DNA of 64,000 nucleotides from an uncultured delta proteobacterium (GTDB lineage: Bacteria > Desulfobacterota > Desulfomonilia > UBA1062). Position 1 is the first letter of the stretch. Every line of letters begins with the position of its first letter. Position numbers and translations under genes: made by a program. A model generated the notes under the pieces. The model saw only the letters and a program-made list of their open reading frames with translations, was not told the origin of the DNA and made no database searches. Below, one piece after another: positions 50,017 to 60,162 of this stretch. The stretch lies in contig CAWCTR010000021.1 in NCBI GenBank assembly GCA_963798485.1, positions 1 through 64,000 on the forward strand, in the 5' to 3' direction.

Positions 50017-50917
50017 ATACCTGAGGCCTCCCCGGGGCTTCAGGCTCACGAAGCCGGGTAAGATCTTTTTCGGCTTTCTTTTCTGCCTTATCGTCATTGC
50101 CATGATAACCGGGAATAACCTCCTATACCTGGTGCTCGCCGGGATGATGGCGTTCATGATCGTCTCGGGTATCGAGTCCGAGATGAATCTTCGCTATCTT
50201 GAAATCAACAGGTCGCTGCCCTCAGAGATCTTTGCCGGTATACCATTTAAAATGGGATACCTGATAAGAAACCCGAGAAATGAGTCGAAGCGTCTTGTAT
50301 TGAAAGATATCTCTCAGGTCAGGGTCGAAAAGCTCCAACGCCGGGAGACACAGATCCTGCATGCGGATGTAACTCTCCACAAGAGGGGAAAGGTCCATCT
50401 GGGTACAATAACCATCTTTACCACATACCCCTATGGTCTCTTTGAAAAATCCATCACGTTCCCAACTGCAAGGGAGATATTCGTCTTCCCTGAGCCCCTG
50501 TTATACAACCCTTCGCTCACAACCGGGGCATACGATTCCGGGGGTGGCAAGTCCAAGGATTCCATCTCGCATGTACGTCCCTATGTGCCTGGTGACCCGC
50601 TCTCAATGGTTTTTTGGAAGAAACAGCACCATGGGCTTATATCACGGGTCTTTGAGGGCGGCGCAGGTATGAGCGGTGTCGTAGTCCTGATGCCCGGACA
50701 CGACCTGGAGCAGAAATTGTCTTGGGCCACCTACCTCATCACTGAACTGCACCGCATGGGCAATCCCTTTGGGATCGTCTTGAATGGATTGTACAGCGGC
50801 CTAGCATCTTCACGTGCCCACAAAATCGATATTTTCATGCATCTCGCCCTTGCACAGGAGATACATCAGCCATCCCCGGAGGTCATACCGAACGATGCCC
50901 GGATCATATACGTCTGA
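49994..50917 (+). CDS. DUF58 domain protein
   Basis: Motifs TGNNLLYL, YPYGLF, RPYVPGD..W; sits between MoxR and transglutaminase genes. Confidence 0.85.
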   Translation: MRLRSLSKYLRPPRGFRLTKPGKIFFGFLFCLIVIAMITGNNLLYLVLAGMMAFMIVSGIESEMNLRYLEINRSLPSEIFAGIPFKMGYLIRNPRNESKRLVLKDISQVRVEKLQRRETQILHADVTLHKRGKVHLGTITIFTTYPYGLFEKSITFPTAREIFVFPEPLLYNPSLTTGAYDSGGGKSKDSISHVRPYVPGDPLSMVFWKKQHHGLISRVFEGGAGMSGVVVLMPGHDLEQKLSWATYLITELHRMGNPFGIVLNGLYSGLASSRAHKIDIFMHLALAQEIHQPSPEVIPNDARIIYV

Positions 50918-52796
50918 GAAGATCAAGCTCCTCACCATTGGAACTTCTGCGGCCGGGATGTTATGCCTGAGCCTTTCCGAGCTTCTGCCGTGGCCTGTTT
51001 TTATTATCCTTGCACTCGTGCATGTCATAATCCTTAGGAGGTATTTCGACCGTGAGCTGATCGGTCCCTGGAGTGCTTTAGCAATCATAACCGGTGTCTT
51101 TGCCTTTGACATATTCCAGATTGCCCTCATGGGAAGATCCGCTGTCGTTTCCACTGTCAGGGATATGATCCTTACGCTTGCCCTTATAAGGCTCCTCATG
51201 AAAAAGACACCGCGAGAGATCTATCAGATCGTCGGGATCTCCTTTGCCCAGTGTCTGCTGGCTACCATCTTCACCATAAGCCCCTTGTTCCTTGTCGGCC
51301 TCGTGCTCATGATATTCCTTATCCCTATGACCCTGTACGCCCTCGATGCCGAGTCTTTTTCCTTCACCCGGGCACTCAAGATCGAAAAGCTTCTGCACTG
51401 GGTCAAGGTCTCTATGGGTATCATCCTTACTTCCTGTCTTTTATTCTATCTCCTGCCAAGGCCGGCATCATCCCTTATCAAGCAAGGCCTGTCACACCGG
51501 GGAAGGATCTCTTTCACGGAAGATGTTGACCTGAAGGAATCCGGACGATCCGGCCAAGACCAGACGGTTGTGCTCAGGGTGGTGTGGTCTTCCGGAACGC
51601 CCCTGAAAAAGTTCTATCTCTCAGGCGCCAGGCTTGAGGGGATCTCCCCTGACGGTTTTTTCAAGCAGGAATCTCATGGATCAGTAGCCCCCATGTCCAG
51701 CAGCTTTACGGACAGGCTGACCATATACACAACATCACTGTACTCGGAAAATGTCTTGTTCCCGTTCTGGATACACGCTGTTCTTCCAAGGTTCTGTATT
51801 TTCAGAGGTACAAACCTATACTGGGCCGGGGAACCCCCTGCTGTGTACGATGTTTGGGTAAACCGTATGTCGGGGCTGGAAAACCCGGGCAGCATTGAAA
51901 TTCCCAATGAGCTCGCACAAGTCCGCGCACTTGCCGTTCGTGTTGCAGGCCAAGGAGATCCGGCTTTACGGGTACATCGAATTGCACGTTTCCTGATGAG
52001 GGCATGTGCGTATACACTCACTAAACAGACAATCCCTCCCGGTAGAAGAGGGATAGAGTGGTTTGTGCTGACCCATAGAAAAGGGAGCTGCGAGCATTTT
52101 GCATCGGCACTGGCTGCCATGATCCGCTCATGCGGCATACCTGCCCGGGTTGTCACGGGTTTTCTCGTGACCGAATACAATGAAAGCGGTGATTATTTCA
52201 TCGTCCGTGCTTGTGATGCCCATGCATGGGTAGAATACTTTGACAAAACCTGGGTCACTGTCGATGCAACCCCTACGGCCCGTCAGGCCCCAGGCATGCA
52301 ATTCCATATTATCGATGAGCTCCGTTTCCGCTGGATAAGATGGGTAATCCAGTACTCCCTTGAGGACCAGATAAACTTCACCGCCGGCATCTTCACCACT
52401 GCACCACGGATAGCTACACAGCTGGAATCCATGACAAAATATGCCCTCTTTGTGTTCTTTGCAGGATTGTGCAGCTGGATCCTGCACCGGATCTTCAGGG
52501 GCAGGAACGTTGTGCCATATGAAAGGATTCTCAGGCTTATGGCCGGGAAAGGGGTTGTTCTCCCAGAGAACAGCACACACCAAGAGCATCTCAAGATTAT
52601 TTCAGAGAACTGGCCTGCCATAGCACCCCACTTCGAGCACTACCTCACCATATATCTGGCATGGAGATTCGGTGATAATGAGATAGACATACAGGAGCAC
52701 ACAAGATTGATGCTCAGGAGAATCAGAAACACACCGGGTCCTTATAAAAGAATCCATCGCTTTCACATTACGAGAAGTGGCGGTCCGTCTGCTTGA
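50895..52796 (+). CDS. Membrane transglutaminase-like protein (TgpA/DUF3488 type)
   Basis: N-terminal TM helices; catalytic-triad motifs GSCEHFAS, GIPARVVTGF, AHAWVE, DATP. Confidence 0.9.
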   Translation: MPGSYTSEKIKLLTIGTSAAGMLCLSLSELLPWPVFIILALVHVIILRRYFDRELIGPWSALAIITGVFAFDIFQIALMGRSAVVSTVRDMILTLALIRLLMKKTPREIYQIVGISFAQCLLATIFTISPLFLVGLVLMIFLIPMTLYALDAESFSFTRALKIEKLLHWVKVSMGIILTSCLLFYLLPRPASSLIKQGLSHRGRISFTEDVDLKESGRSGQDQTVVLRVVWSSGTPLKKFYLSGARLEGISPDGFFKQESHGSVAPMSSSFTDRLTIYTTSLYSENVLFPFWIHAVLPRFCIFRGTNLYWAGEPPAVYDVWVNRMSGLENPGSIEIPNELAQVRALAVRVAGQGDPALRVHRIARFLMRACAYTLTKQTIPPGRRGIEWFVLTHRKGSCEHFASALAAMIRSCGIPARVVTGFLVTEYNESGDYFIVRACDAHAWVEYFDKTWVTVDATPTARQAPGMQFHIIDELRFRWIRWVIQYSLEDQINFTAGIFTTAPRIATQLESMTKYALFVFFAGLCSWILHRIFRGRNVVPYERILRLMAGKGVVLPENSTHQEHLKIISENWPAIAPHFEHYLTIYLAWRFGDNEIDIQEHTRLMLRRIRNTPGPYKRIHRFHITRSGGPSA

Positions 52797-53874
52797 AAGC
52801 CAGAAATTTGCTTCCCAGGAAATTTACCATCAATCCGCCCATTATGCCCATAAAGGCTGATAAAAGGTAATGTGATTTATAAAAGGTTACTTGTTCAAAT
52901 AGATAAACCGATATTGACCAGTTTATTGCAAAACCCAGAATGCATACCCCGAAAAAGGTTGCATACTGTCTGAAGAGATTACCATTCTGGGCATGTGAAA
53001 AGGTAAATCTGCGGTTCAAAAAGAAATTTGAGGTGAGGGCAAATATGAAACTCAGCACACGTGAAATCCGATATGGGATGGATAGGAGGCCGAAAGATAC
53101 AAAGAGACAGAACAGGTCGATAATCATGCCTGAAGCCCCTATGAGCGAGAACCTAATGAATTCAACCAGTGTCGGATATTTGTATTCAAATAACCGTCTA
53201 AGGTGCAGGAGATAGTATACCTGCTCCTTAAGATTGAGCTTGCTCTCTCCGTGGAGTCTCTCTTGGAACTGGATGGGTACTTCAATAATACTTACCGGTG
53301 AGGCCTTCACGATCAATTCCAGGCCTATCTTGAAGCCAAGCGGGTTAAGATGGATATGATCCTTTTGGATCAGGGATCTGGGAAAGGCGAAGAAACCGGC
53401 CATAGGGTCATTGACGCTGGTAAACGGACGTGCCAGCATTCTGGAAATCCAGGCATTGAGCTTTCTGAACCTGTTAAAATGTGGAGCACCTCCGTTTTTT
53501 ACAAATCGGCTACCAATTACAAAATCGGCCTGTCCCAGAACAATGGGGCCTACTAGTTCAGGGAGCTTTTCCGGGGGATGGCTGAGATCTGCATCCATAA
53601 CCACGATGATCTGCCCCTGACTACGGTTAAACCCTGCGATCACCGCCGAAGAGAGTCCTCTCTCCTCTTTCCGCACCAGGATCTTTATATTGTACTGTGT
53701 GCTTAAGTCATGGACGATGTCTTCTATACCATCATTCGAGTTATCATCAATGATGACAATCTCGTAAGCATGGTTTGCCATGGCTTTACCGATACGATCA
53801 ACCAAAGGCCGTATATTTGCTGCTTCCCTATAAGTGGGCACAATTAAAGATATACTATTGTCAGGCATGAACAC
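52768..53874 (-). CDS. GT2 polyprenol-phosphate glycosyltransferase (DPM1-like) fused to a GtrA domain
   Basis: Motifs VPTYRE, DDNS.DG, RGLSSA, MDADLSHPP, GSRF, GESKL; C-terminal four-TM GtrA region with NF.LNR.FTF. Confidence 0.9.
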   Translation of the reverse strand: MFMPDNSISLIVPTYREAANIRPLVDRIGKAMANHAYEIVIIDDNSNDGIEDIVHDLSTQYNIKILVRKEERGLSSAVIAGFNRSQGQIIVVMDADLSHPPEKLPELVGPIVLGQADFVIGSRFVKNGGAPHFNRFRKLNAWISRMLARPFTSVNDPMAGFFAFPRSLIQKDHIHLNPLGFKIGLELIVKASPVSIIEVPIQFQERLHGESKLNLKEQVYYLLHLRRLFEYKYPTLVEFIRFSLIGASGMIIDLFCLFVSFGLLSIPYRISRVLSFIFALTSNFFLNRRFTFSHAQNGNLFRQYATFFGVCILGFAINWSISVYLFEQVTFYKSHYLLSAFMGIMGGLMVNFLGSKFLAFKQTDRHFS

Positions 53875-54009
53875 TCACCATCTGTGATATTTTTAAAGCT
53901 GCTTATTATGGAGCGAAGACAAAATAGAGTATTGGCCACGATAAGTCAATTGATGTGTACGAGGTGTTTTGATCTCCCCTAAAAAATATATCCTGTGCTG
54001 ATTGCAGCA

Positions 54010-55518
54010 TCATTGCGTTTGCCCAAATTTTTTACCGTTATAGCCCTGTCCCAGGAGAAGGTGTACACTCCTATCGCTGATATCGGTATTTCGGAAGGTG
54101 TAACCGTACTTTCCCAGGAGAAAGACCTTATCAAAGTAAGGTCGATATTTACTTAGAGAGTTGTCATTAAATCCGTATTCCAAAATAATGGCATTCTTGT
54201 TTTTCAGGTCTTTAAGATCAGGGAGGAATAAGAAGGATCTGGTGAACTTAACGCCTGGATACCGGGTACCGCTATAAAACACGGCCTCGGTCAGCCTCTG
54301 ATTATGATTCCCCAAGAGAAAATAACCTTGTTTGTGAGGGTTTTCAGAGATATAGGCGCTGATCTTTTCTCCAAGCTTCTGCCAGCCGTGGAATTGCACG
54401 GTGGTATCCTGATCAGGGGATAGCGGTAGTATGGGATGCAGCAGATGAACATGCAAAGCTATGTTCAAAATTATGGCGAGGATCACTGCCGCTGCAATGA
54501 ATACTCCATGGAATTTTTTTAATATATAATGTTCATGGTAGATACCGTACATCAGTATAAGGCCGGCTATATAGGCAGGGGCCGGCCAGTTGGCGGCAGC
54601 AACCTTACCCCTGACGGATGAGACTGCAAAGAAGAAAATAATAGGCCATGATAACATCATCAGATAAAGGTATTGAGATGTTGTTCTTTGATAGTTGAGT
54701 CTGAATGCCTTAATGGAATAGATAACAAAGGCGAGGAAGATAAGAGGTGTGATTACCCCTGCCTGTCCACCAAGATATGCCAGCAGCTTGGTAATGCCAC
54801 TGTGCTTACGGGGGTCGAATCCATGGTGCAGTTGAAATGCAAATGATAGCCAGTCGTGCTGAGCGTTCCAATAAATCACAGGTGAGAAGATTAACAAACC
54901 CAGTAGAAGAGCCAGATAGGGTTCTTTGCGCAGCAACCAGCGACGTTGGTTAGGATCGAGAAGGATAAAGGCGAACTGGCAAGGTACAATCAGGATCATG
55001 GTGTATTTACTTAAAAGACCCAGGCCCAGGGCGGCCCCCCATAGGTACCACCAGCGGGAGGCCGGGCGTTGAATGATCTGGGCGCCACAGTACAGGGCAA
55101 TGCTCCAGAAAAGCATCAGGGGTGTATCCGGCGTTTGGACTATACATGCGGTCGAAAAAAGTAATGTTATATTGGCGATAAAGAGCAGTTCCCAGGCCAT
55201 CTGCCGATGGCTGGGGAAGAGACTCCTGGCGGTCAAGAATATGAATACCTGAGTGATCACCGTGCAAAGCAGTCCCCCCAGACGTACAAAGAATTCGTTG
55301 TTCCCCCCCAGAAGGGTAAAAAAGGACATGATATAGGCAACCATGGGGGGGTGATCAAAATAGCTCCAGTCAAGATATTGGGACCAGTACCAATAATATG
55401 ACTCATCCGGTACCAGTTCCAGTCGACCTATGAAAAACATCCGGATGCAGTAGAAGATAATTAGGGAGAAGAGTATCAACTGGGAGCGCCTATTCATAAT
55501 CTCAGCAAAGTCAGTCAT
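54010..55518 (-). CDS. GT-C glycosyltransferase (ArnT/PMT family)
   Basis: Motifs DESYYW.W, YFDHPPM, TPDTPL, LSKYT, P...WN. Confidence 0.88.
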   Translation of the reverse strand: MTDFAEIMNRRSQLILFSLIIFYCIRMFFIGRLELVPDESYYWYWSQYLDWSYFDHPPMVAYIMSFFTLLGGNNEFFVRLGGLLCTVITQVFIFLTARSLFPSHRQMAWELLFIANITLLFSTACIVQTPDTPLMLFWSIALYCGAQIIQRPASRWWYLWGAALGLGLLSKYTMILIVPCQFAFILLDPNQRRWLLRKEPYLALLLGLLIFSPVIYWNAQHDWLSFAFQLHHGFDPRKHSGITKLLAYLGGQAGVITPLIFLAFVIYSIKAFRLNYQRTTSQYLYLMMLSWPIIFFFAVSSVRGKVAAANWPAPAYIAGLILMYGIYHEHYILKKFHGVFIAAAVILAIILNIALHVHLLHPILPLSPDQDTTVQFHGWQKLGEKISAYISENPHKQGYFLLGNHNQRLTEAVFYSGTRYPGVKFTRSFLFLPDLKDLKNKNAIILEYGFNDNSLSKYRPYFDKVFLLGKYGYTFRNTDISDRSVHLLLGQGYNGKKFGQTQ

Positions 55519-55709
55519 TCGTATGAACCTCGGAGAAATCTTTGGACTCTTCTTTTAGCATGCTGCTAGGACTTTTGACTACCACAAGAAGAAGGAAGAC
55601 AGAGGGGAAGTGGACATATCAATTAATTCTATTGTTTTCTGCCCAATTCACAAGTAGAATTTAGCCGATTATGTCTGAGGCATCTAACGTTAGCTGATTC
55701 AGCAGGAGC

Positions 55710-57098
55710 ATGGGGGACCTAAATTTCATGAAATGGCGCTGGATAGTGCTCTTGCTCGTTATCGCACTCCCGTATCTCCACCTCAATGGGGCACACTTGG
55801 TGGATCTGACCGCTGGATCGCCGCCCGCAGGGGTGGCTCTGGAATACCATTATATCAGGCTTCTCCTTGAGCCCCTTGCCGGAGTTGCTGAGTATTTCTT
55901 CTCACATGAAGATCCCTGGAGGATGGTGAAAGCCTGGGTTTTCTGGATAGCAGTAATACCGGGACTCGTAGCCTTGTGGCGGAGCAGGAGATTGACAAGG
56001 GTACTTGGCGCAATACTGATCTCATGGCTGGCATTAATCACCTTCCTCGCCCTTCTTATAGTCCTGCCCTTGCCTACATTGTATCTCAAAGCCCCAGCGG
56101 ATTGGCTACGGGTTGACTTTCACTCACACACCTGGCACTCTTGGGACGGCATCGCTTCCCCGGAACAAAACCTGCTTTATCACAAGAGGTTGGGTTATGA
56201 TTGTTTTTTCATCACTGAACATGATATTACTGAAAGCTATCCTGAGTTTTCTAAAGAAGAGCGACTTCATATTGCATTTCCGGGTGTCGAGATGGTGAGC
56301 GCAGATGGCGTACGTTTTTTAATTCTCGCTGATCAAAAGTTTTCAATGTCTGAGTTCAACAACAAGAAAGCCAAAGAGATTATCAATAAAGCACATGAAA
56401 AGGGGTTCCTTGTTATTCATACGCATTCTTTTACAGGGCAGGATTGGAATTATCTTGCTAACCTAGGAGTCGATGGCTTTGAGATATACGATTCCGCTGA
56501 CCGTGGAATTACTCACGATGAGCGGATGAAGCTCATCCGTTTTTGCAAAGAGCGAAACCTGCCTATGGTCAGTGCCACGGACTATCATGGATGGTCTACC
56601 TTATCGGATGTCTGGACCCTTGTTAAAATACCGGGGAACATGAAGCCTACCGCTAAAATGCTGCTCGACCTTTTACGCAAGCGGACCGAAATCCGTGTTG
56701 TTGTCAACCAGCCGACAAGGGAGTATTTCGGTGCCGGATCTTTTTTTGAACCTTTTACAGGAACAATCCATTACTTCGGAAGCCTGAGCCACATAAAATC
56801 ATTAAGCTGGGCAGGATGGATTTTAACTTTAATGTTCTTACACAAGATTCTGGGCAAGAGAAGGTTTTTGCAATCCATCGCGATCTCCTTGTGCCTTTGT
56901 TTCCTCTCCTATTCTTTATTCATGGCTTATTGCTGGTATTTTATCCGTCCCGGCAGTGAGATCCTCGGATACCCCCGTGCTATGGCCTTAGCACTCCTTG
57001 CCTGTATGTGGTACATTGTGTGGCTATTTCTGCATACTCCGGCAAAAACATCGATTTTCCAGAGGCTTTTATCCTGGAAGAGACAGACAACCGTTTAA
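55710..57098 (+). CDS. Membrane-anchored PHP-domain metallohydrolase
   Basis: Motifs DFHSHT..S.DG, ITEHD, GVE, GFEI, ATDYHG; flanked by TM helices on both sides. Confidence 0.8.
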   Translation: MGDLNFMKWRWIVLLLVIALPYLHLNGAHLVDLTAGSPPAGVALEYHYIRLLLEPLAGVAEYFFSHEDPWRMVKAWVFWIAVIPGLVALWRSRRLTRVLGAILISWLALITFLALLIVLPLPTLYLKAPADWLRVDFHSHTWHSWDGIASPEQNLLYHKRLGYDCFFITEHDITESYPEFSKEERLHIAFPGVEMVSADGVRFLILADQKFSMSEFNNKKAKEIINKAHEKGFLVIHTHSFTGQDWNYLANLGVDGFEIYDSADRGITHDERMKLIRFCKERNLPMVSATDYHGWSTLSDVWTLVKIPGNMKPTAKMLLDLLRKRTEIRVVVNQPTREYFGAGSFFEPFTGTIHYFGSLSHIKSLSWAGWILTLMFLHKILGKRRFLQSIAISLCLCFLSYSLFMAYCWYFIRPGSEILGYPRAMALALLACMWYIVWLFLHTPAKTSIFQRLLSWKRQTTV

Positions 57099-57103
57099 AT
57101 TAT

Positions 57104-57940
57104 TTATGGAGTAATTACTATCTCCACCCTTCTGTTCATCGCCCTGCCATCCTCTGATGTTGAATCAGCAATGGGCCGTGTATCACCATAGGAAACAGCA
57201 GAAAGCTTTTCTTTCTTGATATCCAGACTCTCTAGCACAAGCAGGACTGAAACAGCCCGAGCATGTGAAAGGTCCCACTGTGTGGGGTAAATCTTTAATA
57301 CCTGCTTCGGGATGGCAGTATTATCCGTGTGGCCGGCAACTTCGACATAGAGGGGTTTGAATTCATCCAGCCCTTTAGCAATCTTCTTAATAATGGATAT
57401 CCCCTTGGGCATCAGCCAAGCGCTGAAGGGAGATGGAAACAGGACCTTCTGAGGAATGATTATCTTTACTGCATCTTCCCCCTTGACAATATAGAGCTGG
57501 TCATTCATGCGCTCTGCTGCAAAAAAACTTGTCAGATAATTATAAGCCTTGTCCAGCCTCCACTGGGCATCCTTCTTTTCCTGGAGCAGGAGCTTGAATC
57601 GTGAGATCTGTTTGAGCAGCGCCTTGTTTTCCTCCATGCAATTGATGTTTTTATCAAGCAGCTCCTGCTTATTGGAATAACTTGACGTGATGTCTGCTGA
57701 TGCCTTTTCGAGATTCCTGCGGGCTTCATCAAGGTCCTTATCCAGACGTTTCTTGTCGGACTGACATGTCTCATACTGCTTCTTATCTGTATCCAGTTCA
57801 GATTGAAGGGCTGTATACTCTTGGGAGGTATGGCGGTGTGTACACCCTCCGACTATAAGAAACAAGGTGATAACGATAAAAAGGCTAAGTATTCTCTTCA
57901 TTTGTGGAAAGACCATACAATTTTCTTCCCATGGTGTCAA
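57104..57940 (-). CDS. OmpA/MotB-family peptidoglycan-binding lipoprotein with coiled coil
   Basis: Lipobox-like IVGGC, coiled coil, VAGHTDN, WDLS.ARA.SV, YGDTRP, NRRVEI. Confidence 0.88.
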   Translation of the reverse strand: MTPWEENCMVFPQMKRILSLFIVITLFLIVGGCTHRHTSQEYTALQSELDTDKKQYETCQSDKKRLDKDLDEARRNLEKASADITSSYSNKQELLDKNINCMEENKALLKQISRFKLLLQEKKDAQWRLDKAYNYLTSFFAAERMNDQLYIVKGEDAVKIIIPQKVLFPSPFSAWLMPKGISIIKKIAKGLDEFKPLYVEVAGHTDNTAIPKQVLKIYPTQWDLSHARAVSVLLVLESLDIKKEKLSAVSYGDTRPIADSTSEDGRAMNRRVEIVITP

Positions 57941-57991
57941 TCATTTGGGCATGATGCAATTACTGTATTAATCTGCTGATGTAGACAACCG

Positions 57992-59080
57992 ATGTCATCC
58001 ATGCGTATAATCTTAAAAAGAGTTATGCGGATTAAACGATACATCTTTCTCTCTCTGGTTGAGGTGTTTAGCGGGACGATCGCTGTCTTGTTCGGCGTGA
58101 TGCTGATCATTCAATGGATCACATTCGGCAAGGCCCTTAGTATCAGGGATATCGACGTACTCCTGCTTGCAATGGTTCCCTTGTCGTCTTTAGTGATTCC
58201 AATGGGGCTTCTCTTCACCATCTTAATTGTCCTTGAAAGGTTATCAGTAGAATCCGAGATCATAGCAATGAAGGCATGCGGTGTGAAGTCACATACAATA
58301 TACTTACCTGTTATCTTCATGTCTTTTTCTGCCATGCTGCTCCATATGCTTATTTCTACAAACCTCGGTCCTATGGCTTTGAAAACAGTACAAACAAGAC
58401 TTTTGCAGGGTGCTTCACAAAAGATATTTTCCTTCCTAAGGGAACGCGAGTTTGATGATTCCTTCAAGGGTCTGATTGTGTATGTGGAGTCAGTGAACCC
58501 GAAAAAGAAGGAATTCAAGAATGTGTTCATCGAGACATCCGGCAACGAGAGATCGGTAATAACTGCAGAAAGAGGCACCATTGAGGTGAACAAGAGCTCC
58601 ATCATCATGAAGCTGAAAAACGGGAGCGTCTTCATGGACACAAAACTTGCCGACCGTTACCTGACGTTTGATGAATACAGGTTTTCTTTGGATGCTGATT
58701 TCAGCAGCCAACTACGGATAAAAACTTACGAATCAGCCACCCAGACCGAGTTCAGGAAGCTCATAAAGGAAAACCCGGACCCCCAAAAGATAAAGGAATA
58801 CTATAATCGGATTTCTTTCCCTATATTGAATCTGATCTTAGGTCTTGTCGGGATCAGTTTTGGCATCGTCAGACCTCGATCACCCAGATTCACCGGTTTC
58901 ATCATAGGGATCAGCACCATTATAGTTTATTACCTTCAGTTTTCCCTTGCTGATAGACTGGTCAGGGCTCAAATTATAGCGCCTCTCCTCGGGGCATGGC
59001 TTCCTGATATTGTTTTCACTTTATTGCTCTGCGTAGTCTTGCTTGCGAGAAAACTGCGGTTAAGCGAGGGGGGCATTTAA
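57992..59080 (+). CDS. lptF: LPS export permease LptF
   Basis: Motifs RYIF, ESEIIAMKACG, ITAE.G, GAWLP; tandem with its paralogue. Confidence 0.85.
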   Translation: MSSMRIILKRVMRIKRYIFLSLVEVFSGTIAVLFGVMLIIQWITFGKALSIRDIDVLLLAMVPLSSLVIPMGLLFTILIVLERLSVESEIIAMKACGVKSHTIYLPVIFMSFSAMLLHMLISTNLGPMALKTVQTRLLQGASQKIFSFLREREFDDSFKGLIVYVESVNPKKKEFKNVFIETSGNERSVITAERGTIEVNKSSIIMKLKNGSVFMDTKLADRYLTFDEYRFSLDADFSSQLRIKTYESATQTEFRKLIKENPDPQKIKEYYNRISFPILNLILGLVGISFGIVRPRSPRFTGFIIGISTIIVYYLQFSLADRLVRAQIIAPLLGAWLPDIVFTLLLCVVLLARKLRLSEGGI

Positions 59081-60162
59081 TTATCAGTACGCTTAATAAA
59101 TATATTCTCATAAAGGCTTCATCCATGTGTTGTGCAGCATGTTTGAGTCTTACTCTTCTTGTTTTTCTCTCAACAATTTTCGGAAATTTAAGCGCCTTTT
59201 CCCAACGCGACACCTCCGGGGTTATAATTGTGCAGTATCTGTTTTTCTCTGTGCCTCAAATGATCTATTATGTACTGCCTTTCTCCATATGCATCGGTAT
59301 TGTTGCTACCCAGGCTCAGTTCTCCAGGCATTTAGAGACCATTGCAATGCAGTCATGCTCTGTCTCATTCCTCCGACTATCACTACCATATATCTTTGTA
59401 GGATTGGCATCGGTGTTCATCATGTCTATCCTTTCTTTCTCAGTATATCCACTATCTCAGCAACAGGCTGATAAGATAGATAATATATATATAAAAAAGC
59501 ATGATATAACAGGGTCTTTTTCGGTAAATGGGGGGAGGTTTAAAGTAGGTAACGATATATATTATGTTGAGCACCTGGACATCTTAAAAGGTATCATGCG
59601 CAATATCTTCTGTTACAGGACTAAGTCCGGCAAGCTCTATGCGATCCTCAGATCCGACCACGCAGCCTGGGATGGCAGGCAATGGAACACGAGTAAGATG
59701 GATACTATTGCGATGTCCACATCAGGGATTTCCTTCTCACAAGCTGCTTCATCGCTGCCACTTAAACAAGAACCTACCGATCTGGTAATGGCCGAACCAA
59801 ACCCTGAGGTTCTCTCTCTTTCCCAGTTGATGGAATACCGGGCACACCTCAGGGAAGACGGGATCAGATCAGTGAGCCTTGAAACCCAATTCCATAGCCG
59901 TATCAGTTTCACCATGGCCCCTCTTATTATGACCATGCTCGTCCTCCCTTTTGGGTTAAGGTTCCCAAGGGCGGGCGGCATTGCACGCGGTATATCCATA
60001 GGCATCATCCTTGGCCTCTTCTACTGGGCCCTTCATTCTGCTATGACAAATGCCGGTATTTCCGGATATGTGAACCCTGCATTAGCCGCCTGGTCTACCG
60101 AAATAGTTATGCTGAGCGCCGGAATACTTTTCATGATCAAGAGGAGGAAGACCTATGGCTGA
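59080..60162 (+). CDS. lptG: LPS export permease LptG; probable ATT start at 59080
   Basis: The frame continues upstream of the ATG at 59125 through the conserved-looking LNKYIL. E.IAM and P.LAAW motifs are present. Confidence 0.8.
   Translation: MISTLNKYILIKASSMCCAACLSLTLLVFLSTIFGNLSAFSQRDTSGVIIVQYLFFSVPQMIYYVLPFSICIGIVATQAQFSRHLETIAMQSCSVSFLRLSLPYIFVGLASVFIMSILSFSVYPLSQQQADKIDNIYIKKHDITGSFSVNGGRFKVGNDIYYVEHLDILKGIMRNIFCYRTKSGKLYAILRSDHAAWDGRQWNTSKMDTIAMSTSGISFSQAASSLPLKQEPTDLVMAEPNPEVLSLSQLMEYRAHLREDGIRSVSLETQFHSRISFTMAPLIMTMLVLPFGLRFPRAGGIARGISIGIILGLFYWALHSAMTNAGISGYVNPALAAWSTEIVMLSAGILFMIKRRKTYG

Noticed and set aside
49081-52796. MoxR-DUF58-transglutaminase as a novel system
   Set aside because: This is a well-known, widespread gene triad.
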